The notes beneath the pieces are model-generated. The model did no database searches, was not told the origin of the DNA, and worked only from the letters and a program-made list of their open reading frames with translations. Shown here one piece after another: positions 8,919 to 11,356 of a stretch of DNA of 11,356 nt (the stretch's first letter is position 1; every line of letters starts with the position of its first letter). Source of the stretch: Tubiluchus corallicola. Lineage: Eukaryota; Animalia; Priapulida. The translations under genes were made by a program, and so were the position numbers. Where the stretch lies: the NCBI GenBank assembly GCA_030141605.1, contig JAQGDQ010002177.1, positions 1-11,356 of the forward strand, in the 5' to 3' direction.

Positions 8919-9599
8919 GTAAAAACAAATGAACAAAATGAAGCGGACAAACAACACACAAAAATGAATGAGTGAATGAACGAACGAACTAACAAACTGC
9001 TACAGAATGCTCTATGAACCATATGTAATCTGGGGTTCAAAATGCCACGTTTTGAATAAAATAGTTGCTAGTAACCAAGTTGAAATAAGCAGGCTAATTA
9101 AAGCACAATGTGAAGTATGAAGTAGACTCCTGACCTACAGCAGCAACATACTTGTAATCGGCCTACAGCGCGTCCATCGAATGCGAGCCAGCAATGAGTG
9201 AATGGCTATATAACATAACGCGCCATGTAAACAGTGAAGCGTTATTAAATGGGACAACACAATCATTCACTTATGCGCCTCAGCCTCTCTGTACTGGTCC
9301 ACTGACCACTTTCACTACTAGCTGAGCTGGCTTCATTTCAATGTGTAGGAGGAGTACCTAAACTACACAGTCATGCTGCTGACTTCAAATTGCTGTGTCA
9401 ACACGATTTACGCTAATTGTTTCCTGTTTACACAAGTCCTTCTTTCCCAACATCTAAAGTTGGTCTTTCTTTTATTCGTATCTGTATACCTTTGTTACAC
9501 AATTAAGTGCCATGTACTAAATCCAATCACACTGAATCTCGGATTGTTTGTTATTATGTTTGTCTGTATGCTTATGAGAGAGAGACAGAGATTGTTAAT

Positions 9600-9950
9600 T
9601 ATTATTAAAAATCTTTATTGAAAATGATACAATAAGCCCTCTATTTACAGGGCACATAAGTACAAAAATGTTAAATAAATCTTTTCATTATGTACATAAA
9701 TAAATTTTTACATTAAATTCTTCACAGTTACAATTTCTTACTAAACAAGCTAACACTTACGATTTATTAATTCTAATTACATATTTAATATTTGCGTACA
9801 GTGCTTATACATGTTATGCTGTGTGTATAAAAAAGTATATGTTGTAGCTTCTACATACATAAATAATCTTACGTTAATGTCATCCGTATATAAACGGTAT
9901 GCCTGTATAATCAATTTACGATAAGATCATTTTGGATTAGTTCTTTTACA
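9600..9950 (-). mobile_element. Possible further LINE 3' UTR remnant
   Basis: AT/TG-rich minus-strand tract with a GCCCT/AGGGC hairpin (about 9636-9653), then AATAAA (9619-9614) and a short (CT)n tail. No diagnostic protein motif. Confidence 0.3.
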
Positions 9951-9960
9951 AGACAAAGAC

Positions 9961-10000
<40 letters not shown>

Positions 10001-10130
10001 AGAGAAAGAGAAAGAGAAAGATAGGGTGGGAGGGAGGGAGGGAGGGCTAGTTAGGATGGAGGTAGAAATAGAAAACAGGCAGAAAGAGAGATAGGGGGAG
10101 AAAACGAAAGAGAGAGAGAAAGAAAGAAAT
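9950..10130. repeat. Polypurine (AG)n/(AGAGAA)n/(GGGA)n tract
   Basis: Seen directly. Confidence 0.92.
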
Positions 10131-10292
10131 TGTGTTATTGCCGTCAGCAAACGAACAATACGGTGTCGCTTCGTGCATTTCACACACATATTTTCAAGGG
10201 CATAATAATGTCGTCGAGCATAAATAACAGACGAAACATCGCACTACATACCATCTACGCTTTTTTCAAAGGTTCATATTAATTTAATAAAA

Positions 10293-10320
10293 AGTAATAA
10301 TAATAATAGTAATAATAATT
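10293..10320. repeat. Short (AAT)n microsatellite
   Basis: Seen directly. Confidence 0.85.
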
Positions 10321-10329
10321 AGTCTACAA

Positions 10330-10334
<5 letters not shown>

Positions 10335-10414
<80 letters not shown>
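10335..10414. repeat. (TC)40 microsatellite
   Basis: Seen directly. Confidence 0.97.
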
Positions 10415-10417
<3 letters not shown>

Positions 10418-11356
10418 ATCCTCTTTCTTAGATTTCACAATGCCGTCCGTGAGATTAACTACCTTGGCTTCTATAATTTTACTGAAAATGAAAACTAAGC
10501 GTGTCACACTTCGACCTTTCTTAGACTTCGAATGTCAAATTAATAATCGCTGTCTTGCTTTTCCCAGGTACGAGAAATAAAGAAAGTCGCATTGAGCAGC
10601 TAATGGTTTTTGCTGCTATAAGGCAAAACTAGCCTACCTGATAAAAAGTTACGGCAAATTAATTTTAATCAGTTATAATAATTATATTTTTTCCTTTTAT
10701 AAAATAGTCCTATCTTGTGAGAAGCTATTTGGTATACTATGGAATAGGGAATAACTATTTAAAGAGACGTTAAATTCGTGATCATTTGACTATAAGTCTA
10801 TAACAGATTTAATATAATTGATATATTTATTGTGTAACAGAACACATATACAAATATTAGTACAAACTGTTACAGTCAATTAGATACACACACGGTTACA
10901 AAAATACAGCGTTTACATAAAAACAATACAAAATATTTACACATTTACAAACATAGGACGACATCACATGTTGATGTCCTGATGTGATGACGTATATAGT
11001 TTTATCACGACAGAGAATTTTATTTAAAAAACATGAAAATAATTGATTTCGTCCCAGAATTTGGGTTTGCAAAAACGCCATGCTACCGATGACCACCATT
11101 TTCAAGTTTTGCTTTAGTCTTGAAATCTTTTTTGTTTTGTATTGTTTTATTTTATTTTGTTTTTGTGCTATAAAGGCGCGGAGTAGCTGCATAATGTGAT
11201 ATTTCTTACAACATTTTAGTCTCATCTTCGTGCACACATCGTGCAGCAAACACTTATTTATTAATTATCTGCAAGTTGTGAAATGAAAAGTTCATGATAA
11301 TGTGAATGATATTCGCGGATGATTAATTCGCATATGATAATGTTTGTTACGATCTC

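Noticed and set aside
9950-10414. Pairing or triplex between the (AG)n and (TC)n tracts
   Set aside because: Both motifs are abundant in such genomes, so the complementarity is trivial.
10460-10500. Minus-strand acceptor TTTTCATTTTCAG as an upstream UTR exon of the Ly6 gene
   Set aside because: Only a weak nearby donor (AAG|GTAGTT). It cannot be supported without transcript data.
10896-11249. 117-aa ORF (also 5264-5597, 5768-6122 and 9373-9621)
   Set aside because: AT-rich or repeat-derived composition and no recognisable motifs.

Overview
AT-rich metazoan genomic DNA, probably from a marine invertebrate (CR1- and L2/Daphne-like LINE remnants, a MetaSINE-like element, many microsatellites). 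It is not a prokaryotic locus. The main content is a minus-strand spliced gene for a secreted Ly6/uPAR (three-finger, Quiver/Sleepless-like) protein that the ORF track only partly captures. A signal-peptide exon (ATG 7353, donor CAG|GTGAGT at 7290) splices in phase 1 across a 5.3 kb intron to a 186-nt exon (1980-1795) encoding the first five cysteines of the LU domain. The final exon (CN motif and GPI signal) is not convincingly present and probably lies left of position 1. The rest is intronic or upstream repeat landscape: three 5'-truncated LINE ends, a tRNA-derived SINE, hAT- and Harbinger-like MITEs, two other foldback elements, a 54-bp minisatellite and simple repeats. All calls are from reading the sequence by eye; no database searches were run.
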